Origin: Balanoglossus misakiensis
Taxonomy: Eukaryota; Animalia; Hemichordata
DNA length: 64,000 bases
Assembly: GCA_040954595.2 (NCBI GenBank)
Contig: CM082591.2
Location: 11,549,309 to 11,613,308, forward strand
Direction of reading: 5' to 3'
Positions 13,824 to 25,159 of the stretch are shown here, piece after piece. The notes beneath the pieces are model-generated. The model worked only from the letters and a program-made list of their open reading frames with translations, did no database searches and had not been told where the DNA came from. Positions within the stretch are counted from its first letter, which is position 1, and each line of letters opens with the position of its first letter. Position numbers and translations under genes: made by a program.

Positions 13824-14128
13824 GAAGAAAAACCCCAGTAATACCAATAGGGCCCAAGCCTGCTGGGCTTGGGCCCTAAAAACCCCAACGAAACCAATAG
13901 GGCCCAAGCGCTTGCGTGCGCTTGGGCCCTAAGAAGGAAAGAAAGAAAGACTGAAAAACCCCAACGAAACCAATAGGGCCCAAGCGCTGGTATGCGCTTG
14001 GGCCCTAAAAAACCCCAACGAAACCAATACGGGCCCAAGCCTGGCTTGGCTTGGGCCCGTAATAATAAGAAAAATTCGAACAATAACAATGGGGGCACAA
14101 GCCGCCCGAGGGCGCTTGTGCCCCCAAC
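2401..14128 (-). mobile_element. Nested stack of 8 non-autonomous Helentron/HINE-like elements
   Basis: 8 terminal motifs A(T/A)TA(A/T)AGCTGC(A/G)AGCAGC...GGGC(C/A)CAAGC at about 2402, 3613, 5031, 6818, 7923, 9334, 10585, 12008; 8 hairpin caps GGGC(C/A)CAAGC-loop-GCTTG(G/T)GCCC; (AAAG)n/(AAG)n microsatellites; shared bodies; no TSDs. Confidence 0.8.
12330..13135. repeat. About 240-bp internal tandem repeat (3+ copies) inside the eighth HINE-like unit
   Basis: Near-identical units (…gcaggtgt(c/t)acaggtgacccc(a/c)attttggcttttcaattttagtcccaacc…) at about 12403, 12642, 12881. Confidence 0.85.
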
Positions 14129-14685
14129 TATCAGTATCCAAATTTAATTCCTCAGATATTGCATTTTTCAAGGAGCTGCCATATTGGATTTTGTCGGCGT
14201 CGACCACCCAAAACCTACTCAAGTTCAATGGCCCGAAACTCCACTTTGGGAAGCTTGAGCCAAAACGAAGCAATATCCGTTCAAAATATAAGAAATAAAA
14301 CTAATACCAAAAGCACACTTGAAACAATTTTATGCTTGCAAACGGAAACGACGCAGGGTTTATTTTACCACATTCGCTAAACGTAGCGTACAAATGATAT
14401 CAGAGATCGAATACGATAAATTTTCCACTTTCAGCTCGATCGGACGATAGGTTACGTCTATCAAACCTGAGGGACGCAGTTTGGTGGCACAAATCTCACC
14501 TTTTGGAGTAGAAAAAGACGATTTTCTGAAACTGAAAAAATACACCAACGGTTCTTGAAGTAATGGTGGCGCTGTTGCAATTCAAAGTAAAATCTCATTA
14601 ACATATGCAAATTCACTACTCACTTTCTCGACTGTGATGACATTAAACTCTAAGTGTCAATCTTACTCTAAAATGAACTGCCTTC

Positions 14686-15580
14686 TGTCGTGTTCTGATG
14701 TTATACCGCCCTCTATTGTTAATTGAAGTACATGTGGTCTCCAATATTATGGGATATTGTTATGCTCCTTAGCTTCATGGAAGCCATACAATAAATTCAC
14801 ACTTGTTGACTGTTGAGTTAAATCCGAGTCACAGTAGTTTAATCTGAACCATCCAGTGGCGACGAGGATCGACATCTGAAGTCTATTGTATAAGCTTTTC
14901 ATCATGAACGACCCCCGAAAAAACATTTCGACATTTGATTGTGCAGGAGATGCAGCGACAGTAGGTCAGCGATGCTGTTGCTACACTTGGCTGGACCCGA
15001 TGTACAGGACATTTTCAGCACTCTGGACAATACAGGTATGCCAACTCAATACAAGATGGCTGTCAAAGCACTTAACTCTTATTTTGTGCCAGTTGTCAAC
15101 TCAGCATATGAGAGGCAAAGTTTCCGATCCCTCACACAAGAAAGGGGGAAAACAACTCAGCAATTTATAACTAGATTACGTCGAGCAGCGAAAGACTGTG
15201 ATTTTGGTGCTGAAATGGATAATCAGATCCATGATGAAGTCATTGCAAAGTGTAACTCTGACTACATCCGCCGAAAATTGTTGGAGGAAGGTGCATCACT
15301 GACACTTGCTAAAGCATTGACCGTGGCGAGGCAATGTTAAGAGGTTGAAAGCCAGATGACAACCCTGTCACCAAACAAGCCTGAAACAGCCGTAACTGCC
15401 AATCGTGTTGAGCGACGTGTTGGTAAGCCAAAACAAAATACAAAGAACAGTAAAGGTGGTAACCATGGTAACACTGATAAAGCATGCTACCAATGTGGTA
15501 AGACAGGACACTTCGGCGAGACCCTAACTGTTCGGCGAGAGGAAAGATATGTTTGAAATGTGACGGTTCCAATCATTAGC
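14686..15580 (+). mobile_element. Truncated Ty3/Gypsy element: putative 5' LTR (14686-14855), PBS and decayed gag
   Basis: TG…CA segment with AATAAA; PBS TGGCGACGAGGAT at 14857-14869 (complement of the tRNA-Ser(GCT) 3' end); gag motifs LLLHLAGPDVQDIF, YERQSFRSLTQ, RRKLLEEG and a CYQCGKTGHF zinc knuckle with stops and frameshifts. Confidence 0.75.
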
Positions 15581-16137
15581 AGTGCAACTTCGAGCCGCAG
15601 GCGAGAAGTTGTACGCTTCCGCGAAAACCACGAGTATACGTGACGTCAAACAAAGAAAGATATCATGGGATTATATATTTATCACATGAACAGTCTTCTT
15701 ATTTTTTGTTAGAAGAGGTGGGACTTAAAAAAATTGCAATCTTGCGAAAATATTCCAGCGGTCTGGAATTCTATTTTGCGGGATTACTTTCTTTCACCCG
15801 TGTAAAGAGTCTGTCGTTTGGAAGCTATGCAAATGAGTTTCATTCATAAACCTGATTGACGCGTATGTTTGGATAGGCTTTGCGTCTTGACTGCCAATTA
15901 GAACATTGAAAGCAATCACGTGATACATTTTGAGCGAGGCAGCTGGCTTACCCCAGACGACCAGGGACGTCCGATCCCCGGCGTCCGATCAGCAAAATTC
16001 ACAAACAATAACACTTCACATGCAAGCATTGTATAGTTAAAAGACTGATATTAAAAATACGGTAGTTCTCTTTCTGGAGGATATGGTGGCCCTGAAAAGG
16101 GCCGTTTATGGTTTGGTAGTCCTGAAAAGGACTGTTT

Positions 16138-17658
16138 TTAGGACTGACTTTGACTGTCGTCACTGCTGTCAGAAATGACAGCAATTCGCCTTCGTTTCCG
16201 TACAGGCTGAGGAGAACTACGGATGTTTACTGCGACATTGACGGTGCAGATGTTCAGCGTCGCGCCTGCGAATATTCCACCAGATGTAGTTGCGACGGGG
16301 TCTTGGGCGTTGTGTGTCGACACTATGTTGTTGATGGCCGTCGCGAGTGCCGGGGGCCGGGCTGGAGGCGTGATCAATGCGCTTTCGGTGTTCTCGTTTC
16401 GTGTTGTTGACAACACGCCAGCACGACTTGACGTAGAACCTCGCGACAAAATCTCAGACATATGCTGTTGGTCGCCCATTGAATTAACAGCATAATGGTT
16501 GATGCTCTGAACATTTCTGTGGCCTGAAAGTTGCATCAATTTAGTTGGTGGAATGCCGCTGTCGTGCAAGCGTCTGATGGTAGAACGCCGAATGCTGTGG
16601 TTTGTTTTGTTTCCGGCGATGCCTGCTTTTTTGCACATCGTACTGAGGAGGGTGTCCAATTTATTGGCACCCATCGGCTGGCGTTTGTACCACACGGTCG
16701 TTTCGGGCTTGTAATTAATCGCGAGATAAAAGTCGGCGTCGCTTGTCAGGTGGGTGGAGGGGCGATGAAGCGCGTATTGCTTGTATGCAAACACGGGACA
16801 TCGAGTTGGATCATCGGGAATCATGAAGGCTTTTGGTGGGTACGGCCGCGGTTGCTCATTGACTTTTCCCGATTACCGTATTTTTTTCTCTCGCTCGTTA
16901 AACTCGAGAAACTCGATGTTGTCGACGGTCTTTTTTAGCACAACATCACCCCACAGCATCTGTCAACTCTCTTGGCAACCTCGGAAGCCGAAGTGCTTTT
17001 GGTTGTTTAACCAAATAAGAAAAAGGAGCGCTTCGGAGTTGTGCGTACCGATTACGCCCTTATCGAACAACATCTGTTCTTCCCGCTCGGTTAATTCTTC
17101 GGCTTGGCTTGTTGCCCTTCCCCTGAGATTTAAGTTGGGCACATTTCGCCTTTAGCCTGGGACCCCTGAAATTCTTTGTCGCGACTGATCGAATAGGCGT
17201 ACCGATGTTCGCCGAGGTAGCGGTCAAGCCCACGCTGATAAGATGTTAACGTATCCGGCTCATATTCGGTGCCGTCTTTTTGCCGGACACCAGCAAAAAA
17301 ACTGCCGAGGTAGTCATCTAGAGCTTGTTGATCTCACCGTGTTCTTTTTCCGCTGTTGATCTATGAGTTCTTGTTTGTCGACTTCGGAAAAGTCGACATA
17401 CCGCGAATCCGATGATGTGGACGGAGGTTGAACATTCACGGTGGTCAAAGCCGATTCACGCGTGCGGTTTTCCGTTTCGCCGAAGAAATCGTCGTTTTCT
17501 TCCACGCCCAGCTCTCTTGCTAAACGAAAGATTTCTTGGATGTCTTCATCGAATTCCGCGATTGTCCTGGCCATTTCGCTCGATTTTGTTGGAAAACAAA
17601 ACTTGCGTGTTGACGCGAGCGCTTCCAGTACAGCAACTGCAGCTTTTGACGTCGACAC
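16138..17658 (-). pseudogene. Second Crypton-type DUF3504 tyrosine recombinase, disrupted
   Basis: C-terminal ORF 16138-16824 with CPVFAY..Y..HRP, WYKRQPMG, TNHSIRR, SGHRNVQSINHY; upstream frames give RQKDGTEYEP and GFRGCQE plus ORF 17314-17658; broken by stops, frameshifts and a deletion. Confidence 0.85.
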
Positions 17659-17731
17659 TCAACAGCAGAAGACAAAATTCGCCGCTGTATTGCCGCGTCT
17701 GTTTTGACCGGGAAAGCATTCAATATTTCTC

Positions 17732-17845
17732 TTTGATGACCTCGGGACTGCCAGTCACACCAAAACAGTCTGTTTTCCCTCGGCCTATGCCCTCGGGAAG
17801 ACAAGACTGTTTTAGTTTTGACTAGCAGCGCCCTCGGTCATCAAA
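17732..17845. repeat. Imperfect ~114-bp palindrome at the end of the second Crypton element
   Basis: tttgatgacc..ggg..ctgccagtca..aaaacagtc / gactgtttt..tgactagcag..ccc..ggtcatcaaa. Confidence 0.7.
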
Positions 17846-18104
17846 ATACACTGTTGCCCTCATTGTCAGCCATCATGTGTATAATGTCACATTAAAATTG
17901 TTAGAGTTGATTGTATTACCCTTTTGTATGTTTTTGTGTGTTGAAAACCACATATTGATTTCTCTATGGAATAATAAAGTTTTCTGAAACCGAATTAATC
18001 TGCAGTGTGCTTCAGCAAATCATTTTCAAAACACCAAGGTGCATGGGTGCATGGGTAAGAGCCCCCATCATGTTCAGCAGTGTGATGCCCTCTTACAAAC
18101 ATAA

Positions 18105-18325
18105 TTTTAGGTCCTATTTGTATAGGTACATACCAGTGGGTCCTAATGGGATCGCTTGCGTCTGTATGTATGTTGCGTCTGTATGTATGTATGATAGATG
18201 TATGGATGGATGTATGTCTGTAAGTCCGTCCACATCAAAAACTTGAAAACCTCTGCACGTAAAACCTCGATATTTGGTGTGCAGATGCAGGCTGGGCTGT
18301 AGATGGGAGTTTGTTCAAACGAAGG
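18105..18325 (+). mobile_element. HINE-like 5' fragment with (GTAT/GGAT)n microsatellite, fused directly to Gypsy gag
   Basis: ttttaggtcc…ggtcctaatgggatcgcttgcgtctgtatgtatg… followed by an abrupt switch to gag codons. Confidence 0.5.
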
Positions 18326-18900
18326 CAATAATGAAGTTTTGTCAGGGATGCTCCGATCGCGAGGCAGGGCTCTCGGTTGATAACCAACGCGCATCCTCCA
18401 TGGAAGAGGCCATAGACCAAGTACGTTGGTTTCAATATAACAACAGCAAAATATTTGGCCGCCGAACTTAGCGCAGGGAGGTAAAACGAGTAACATCTGA
18501 GACAGATAGCGACGGCCAGTTTGTATGCGTGCGATCAGCCACTTGGGAGCGACCCCCCAGAGATCGGGTTTTATCACCCACCGACGGTGGAACAGGCTCG
18601 CGAGAGAGGTCTCGAACCCCGAGTCCCAGTCGAGGGATAAATACCCTTAGCGAACGAATGACTGAAATGGCCAAAACGTTAGAAAGTTTGAGAAAGACAG
18701 TGGTTGCCCTATCCTCACGCGAGGCCGGCCGATCTCGGTCACCCTCCCCAAGGGGACGGGAATGCTTTAACTGTGGGGAACCTGGACACTTCCGTAGGGA
18801 ATGCCCCAAGGGAAGGGGAAAATTGACCTCTGATTCCGGGGAGAAACGGGTAACATTCGCTGAGCATTTAAACGGGAAAGGGTCAGACCAGAGGGCCTAA
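18326..18900 (+). pseudogene. Gypsy gag C-terminal part with CCHC zinc knuckle
   Basis: KFCQGCSDREAG…SMEEAID; RSRSPSPRGRECFNCGEPGHFRRECP. Confidence 0.85.
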
Positions 18901-18928
18901 GTTTGACCCAAGAGCCACCAAGGGGCCC
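18867..18928 (+). promoter_or_regulatory. Putative -1 ribosomal frameshift signal at the gag/pol junction
   Basis: Slippery T TTA AAC (18867-18873) in the gag frame, 6-nt spacer, stem GGGTCAGAC/GTTTGACCC; loop GGGCC is complementary to downstream GGCCC. Confidence 0.65.
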
Positions 18929-19289
18929 AATAATAATCAGAAGAAATGATCCCAAATTTAAGGGGGAGGAAATGAAATTGGCAGGGTGACAACACACACT
19001 GACACCCAGGGTTGCGCCAAAATCCGGGAAGGGGGGTCAGTGTGTCAGGCCACTTTAGATACCCACACTGACAATACATCGCAAGGGCACAGGTTTCACC
19101 TAGACCCTGGGGGTACACGAACCGACGAACAGTACGACTCGTCAGGGGAGTCTGTGGACGAACAGGAGTATGATTCTCTGAATTCGGACACTGACGAATC
19201 CACAGCAAATGAAACCCCCAACGTTGATAACACCCAGCCCATAACTATATGTCAGTTAGTATCAGGGTCTATGAACAGTGTGCCCATTT

Positions 19290-22200
19290 AGTAGAAGGGA
19301 TTAAAGTACAGGCAGTAGTAGACATGGCAGCAGAAGTCACCATCATTTCGTCTCTACGGCCGTCTTGGGAACCGCCCCAAGTACTTAAAACCGCCATCAT
19401 GCAAACTGCAGGGCGCGAAATGAAAATGAAAGCCCATAAAGTAGGTCCTTTGCGCCTGAAGTTGGGAAAGACCAAATTCACAGAGGATGTGTATGTAGCG
19501 CCAATAGGAGATGACATGTTGCTAGGGGCGGACTTTATGTGGTCAAGGAGGGTAATTTTAGATATGCAAAAAAACCAGTTGCGGTTTGGGGGTGAAAGCG
19601 TACACATGACATATGGTCGGGAAGAGAAGAAAGGGAAAGTGGCAAGGGTCACATTGCCAAAACGGACCAGAATTCCCCCAAATTCAGTAGTAAGGGTTCT
19701 TTGTGGGATGGATTGCCCTTTGTCCGAATACATACTCGAGCCAGTGGGGAATTTACGGGCGATAGTGCCGAGGACAGTCCATGATAGGAGACGGTTGCCC
19801 AAAGTATGCTTAGTTAACCCATCAGATAGATTAGTCACCCTCAATAAGGGAAAACTTGTGGCAACAGCATCAGAAGTCGAGGTGGTGGGGCCCCCTAAGA
19901 CCACGGAAGAAATCACTGTCCAGAAAGTTGAAACCTCACTGAGGGAAAGGGAAACCGACAAGTCAGACGTGCCCAGCCATTTAGAGGATTTGTTCCAAAA
20001 ATCATGTACAAATTTGAGTCCGGGGGAGACAGACAAGCTCAAAAAGCTGCTGATGAATGATTACCAGGACGTGTTTGCAGCCAATGAGTTTGATCTTGGG
20101 AACTTTACAGCCCTTAACCACCGTATTGACACTGGGGACGCGAGACCCATCAAAGGAGGAAGCGCAACTGAAGAAAATGTTTGATGCAATTGCAAAGGTC
20201 ATTCGGCCCTACGTATCGGAATGGGCATGGGCAGAGCTAAAAACTGCATTTGTCACTAAATACGGGCTTTTCGAGTTTACTAGGATGCCCTTCGGGTTGT
20301 GTAATGCCCCAGCCACGTACTCACGGGTAATGAATTTAGTGTTGCGGGGTTTGACCTGGGATATCGTCCTCGTATTTTTGGACGACATTATGGTATTAGG
20401 GACCGATTTTCACCACCATCTACAGAACTTGCGCGATGTGTTCCAGCGCATGCGTGACTATCAGCTCAAGCTAAAACCCCGGAAATGCGAATTATTCTGC
20501 ACTGAAGTGACTTTCCTTGGGCGCAGGGTGAAGCAAGATTCCATCAAACTGGAGGCAGACTCCATTCGCGCAATTGCAGAATGGCCCCGCCCCACAAAGA
20601 CAAAGGAAGGCTTTCTAGGGCTTGCAAATTACCATCGTTAGTTCATTAAGGGATTTGCAGAAATGGCCGCCCCCCTATACGCAATCACAGGGAAACAGGC
20701 ATATGCATGGGGGCCAGAACAACAAAGCGCATTCGAGGAAATTAAGACCGCGTTAATGTCGCCACCAGTGCTGACTTTGCCTAATGACAAAGACTTGTTC
20801 ATATTAGTCACTGATGCGTCCAATCATGCGCTTGGGGCAGAGCTAATTCAGGTGCAGGATGGTAGGGAACGGGTGGTGGCATATGGCAGCGTGAGCATGA
20901 CCCCTGAACAACGCCGGTATTGCACTACCCAACAAGAACTGTTGGCAGTAATTCGGTTTACCCGGCAGTTTCACCACTATTTGCTAGGGAAGCGTTTCCT
21001 ACCCAGGGGTGTGACTGGCCGCCCTGGCCCTGGGACCCAGGCGAGTCATATGAGGGTCGAAATGTCAAGAGGAAAGTGGTTGAGAGCCCCTCAATCCCAC
21101 ATTGATATTGAACAGGGTTGGAATAGGGAACAAGGGAAGCCCAAAGCATATGTAGTAACGCGTGCTAGCGAAAAGAAGAGGCACCGCTATCGTTGGGGTA
21201 AGCATGGCCGAATTCCGGGAAATACAACAAAAAGACCCAGACCTTAGTGACCTATTACATTGGGTGGAAACAGGGAAAGAACCCTCAGAGGGGAAACTAA
21301 TGTTATCAAGCCCAGCCGCCAAGCATTATTGGGTGAACCGGAAATTGTTCTGTGTGATTGATGGAGTCCTATGGAGGGAAGAAATTGACTCAGGCCACAA
21401 ATTATTTGTAGTCCCCCGAGACATGTAAGAGGAGGTCATAGAATGATTTAAATCACACTATCCCCTCCGCAGGACATCAAGGTGCCCAACGGACTCTTTC
21501 CAGAATAAAACAGAAATATTTCTGGTACAAAATGCAGGAGGAAGTGAAGGATTTTGTGGCCACATGCTCTGAATGCAATCAGAACAAGAAAACTCACCGA
21601 TATGGCAGGGCAGAAATGAAAAGTTTCCATGCAGGTTCTTTCTCGGGCCCCTCCCCAAGACACAAGGGGGAAATGAATACATCCTGATGATGGTCGATCA
21701 GTTCTCAAAATGGGTGGAATGTATCCCACTACCGTCGCAAACGGCAGAGGTCACCGCCCAAGCAGCAGTGAATGAATTCTTTGCACGCTTCGGGTACCCT
21801 TTTGAGATTTTTACAGACCAGGGGCGAAATTTCGAAAGCCAACTTTTCGTAGCGATCTGCGAGCTGTTGCGTATTCACAAATGCAGGACGACCCCCTATA
21901 GACTGTCCGCGAATGGCCAGACGGAACGAAATAACCGTGCTTTAATGGACACAGTGCGCTGCTTCATCAGAAATCAGCGCGAGTGGGATGTACACCTACC
22001 CCAGATCGCAGGGGCGATGCGCGCATCAGTGAATCGTAGCACAGGGTACACACCAAACCGTGTAATGTTGGGAAGGGAACTTAACTTGCCAGCAGACCTG
22101 GTGTTTGGGGTGACCACAGGGCGGGGAAAATACGGCACTGATGAGTTTTCTGACGAGGGGGACCACGCCGAGGGGTATGTTAGGGAATTGGAGAGAGCAA

Positions 22201-22700
22201 TCAGCACGGCCCATGAAACCGCCCGTAATACCTTAAGGGATACCCAGGAGCGAATGAAAAGGGACTATGACTTGAGAGCGCATACTCAAGCTTATGGGGT
22301 GGGGGATTGTGTATACATTTTGGATACCGCCACCACAAAAGGGAAATGTCGCAAGCTAAGTCCCCCCTGGAAAGGCCCGGCCGGGATCATTGGGAAATTT
22401 ACTCCCTACCTCTACAAAGTGAGGTTGAAACGGGCAGAGATGACTGTACACCATGACAGGATCAAACTATGTAGGGATCGGGTCTTACCCCAGTGGATTG
22501 TTAGGCATCAGGCAAACATAGCTAACAACACGGGGGAAACCGAAGGAAATTACCAGTATTGCATTTGTCGGGGACCGGACGACGGCAGCCCAATGATTCA
22601 GTGTGACAAATGTTTTGACTGGTTTCATATGTCCTGTGTGGGAATTCAGTCAGGAAAGAATAGCCCGGGAGATTAGTTCTGCCCCCAGTGCACCCAATAA
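19290..22700 (+). pseudogene. Gypsy pol (protease, RT, RNase H, integrase, C-terminal PHD finger) with frameshifts, stops and deletions
   Basis: AVVDMAAEVTII (protease), KTAF…MPFGLCNAP…FLDD (RT), TDAS…ELLAV (RNase H), H-x6-H…CSEC, MVDQFSKW, TDQGRNFES, NGQTER, WKGP (integrase), YCICRGPDDGSPMIQCDKCFDWFHMSCVG…FCPQC (PHD). Confidence 0.92.
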
Positions 22701-22744
22701 AACGATTTCTTTTTTTTCTGCCCACAGACCTAGTCCAACTAATT

Positions 22745-25078
22745 ATGCCAAGACCCTTACCCAAGTTGACAATTGAGGACGTCCGGAGGGCCACTCAGGC
22801 ACGTCATCTTCTAGGCCCCCGGGATGTGATCCACGGAATCATGATGGCCCCCAAAAGAGAAGCCCAAGAGGCACTCTTGGACCAATACTCTGTGGTAAAA
22901 TCCAAGGGAAACTGGGGATGGATGTCATGTTCCCTATACCATGGATTGTCGAAAACATGCCGCACATTAACCCATCGAAGAATCACCAGCCCCGACGCCC
23001 CAAAAAGGCGATGGCATTGCTGGTTGAATATGCTGAGAGGGGTATGTGCAAGGATATCTGTCTCTTGACACAGCCCGATCTACCCGTCCGGCGCACAATA
23101 GAGAGTGGCAACGAAACCCAGGAAATTGCGTCCGGTGGGTGGAGTTATCCCAGTTCGTCGGTTCGCAGCCCAGCTCGGCGGAGCCAGGGATCTCCTCTGG
23201 TTCTCCGAAGCAGGGACAGGACCTGACAGAGCGGGGAGTGGACTCCAGTGTCGATGGTTATACGCCAGTCTGAAGAGAGGGAGATGGAGGAAATGTCCCT
23301 ACTGCCCTATGAGCTTGTTGAAAACTTCAGCATCGAAGCGCGGAAGCTCATCATCCGCACCATCACCCGCAGCAAATTCAGGCAGACAACGGAAAGCCCA
23401 GGTGTTGAACCGGGGCATCTGGAAGCCGCGTGAGGGATGGAAGAACCGCCCAGACGACTGATCCTTAGGCCAGCAGGATATTAGCCAAACCGGACTCGCA
23501 CCGCGTCCGCGACAGCCACCATCAGGTGCAGGAGGCGGAGAAGCCGCTCGAGCAGGCGTTGGAGATCTGCGGGAGCCCCCCTCGATGGAGTCGGCACCAA
23601 CGGAGAGGATTGAGAAAAGGCCTTCAGAGGATGAGCAAGGGAGGCCACCCAAGAAATCAAGCCCAGAGAGGCCACCTGACCTCTCGGGGACAGTGGAAGG
23701 GCCCCCATCTGGAAAGAAACTGGCAGCGGAAGCCCCAGCGGCACCACGACCACAGCCCCGTGAAAAAACGTCGTTCTGCCCAATTCCGGGAAAAGAGTCC
23801 ACCTGCCCCATCCCGGAATGCGGACACTCATCAAAATGGCTGAAGGAACACGTGTACAAACGCCATTGACCCCCCTACATGCGGGGAGGCACCCGCAATA
23901 TCGACCTGGATGCCATAGTCGGTTTGCTAGGGGGCCTAACCCAGCTCCTTGTGGGGGCAGAGCAGTCAATCCTCGCCCTGTTCCACTACTTCTTGACGCA
24001 TGGCCTTGCGCGACTCCCGGTGACAGTAATGAGAAGATTGTGCCATCGAATGGAGTGGGAAGTGCCCCAGAAGATACGTTTATCACCACCCAGCACACCA
24101 GCAGTGTTGACCCATTGGAGAGTGCTCCTCACACTCCTGGTGGACCTGTCGCCGGAGGATAGGGAAACCGTCAAGACGTGGTCCAGAGGGAGACAGCCCC
24201 AAGCAAGGACCAGAAGCCCTGAAATAAGACGACCGAGTGCGGCGTCACCAGCCAGGGGGGCTACCCCAGGCTATTAACCGCCCTCTTCCACCCGGACCGC
24301 ATGAGAGCCCAGGCTCACCGAAACGAAGGTGTCACCCCTTCCTGTGAACCGCTGAAATTGTACCCGGGGCGAGAGCCGGAAATACCAGTGGAGGTGGTGG
24401 GGGTGTTGAAATATATTGCGACCCCGAAGACTATCTGAAGATCCTTCTTAGGGAGCCGGGGTAGAAAGTGGCGATCGGGTTTCACCCCAAAAAAGTGAAG
24501 AAGCTGACAGGGGAGCTGATGCAGCAGATTGGCGGATTGGTGACTCATCCCCTGGTAGCGGCCCTGGGCGAGGTAGGCCTTGACAGGACTGTGCCCGCCC
24601 ACGAATGGGGCCAACAAGAGGAAGCCCTCCAACGGCTGTTGGAAGTGGCACCAGCAGACAAGCCAATAATATTCCACATCAGAGGCGCGAGGAGGGCTCC
24701 ACACGCCAGTGAAGTCCATGCCCTGGCCCTGATGTTGGTTTCAGAAAATTGCCCCTCAACCCAGCCGATCCAACCGCAAACTTTTGGAGGAGATAGACGC
24801 ACCCTTCATCAGGCCTTCAAAAACTGTTATTTTTTTGCTTTTCTGCCAGCGTGGCCTGCTTCGATCGGGTTCAAGCGCAAGCGCTGCAGGAAGTTCCCGG
24901 GGATAAATCCTACTGGAGACTGATGCCCCACACCTAGCCCTGCGCGGGAGCCAACAATTTAATTCTCCCGTGTTTCTGGGTGAGGTGGCCCGGGAAGTAG
25001 CCCAGGTGCAAGGCGGTAGCGGTGGAAGAGCTGTTGGAGGCCGCGGCCAATAATACCCGGCGCCTGTTCCTTTTTTAA
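22745..25078 (+). pseudogene. Gypsy extra ORF3: unknown N-terminal domain, low-complexity linker, C2H2-type finger, helical domain and TatD-like metallo-nuclease (about 24270-25078)
   Basis: CPIPEC…LKEHVYKRH; SPPSTPAVLTHWRVLL; then across frameshifts LFHPDR, VEIYCDP, VAIGFHPK, LGEVGLD, PIIFHIRG, ILLETDAPHL, NTRRLF*. Confidence 0.8.
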
Positions 25079-25159
25079 AGGAAGAGGTGGGGATTTTGGG
25101 AACTTACTGTTTGGGATGGGGGTACCAGGGGTTTTACCTGAAAGGCCAAATATAGGGGG

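Noticed and set aside
2401-14128. CRISPR-like array (recurring palindromes with variable loops) and many short ORFs
   Set aside because: Eukaryotic context, no cas genes, irregular spacing. The palindromes are transposon ends and the ORFs are repeated non-coding sequence.
19269-20042. 257-aa minus-strand ORF and other antisense ORFs across the Gypsy element
   Set aside because: Shadows of the sense-strand pol/ORF3 with no recognisable motifs.
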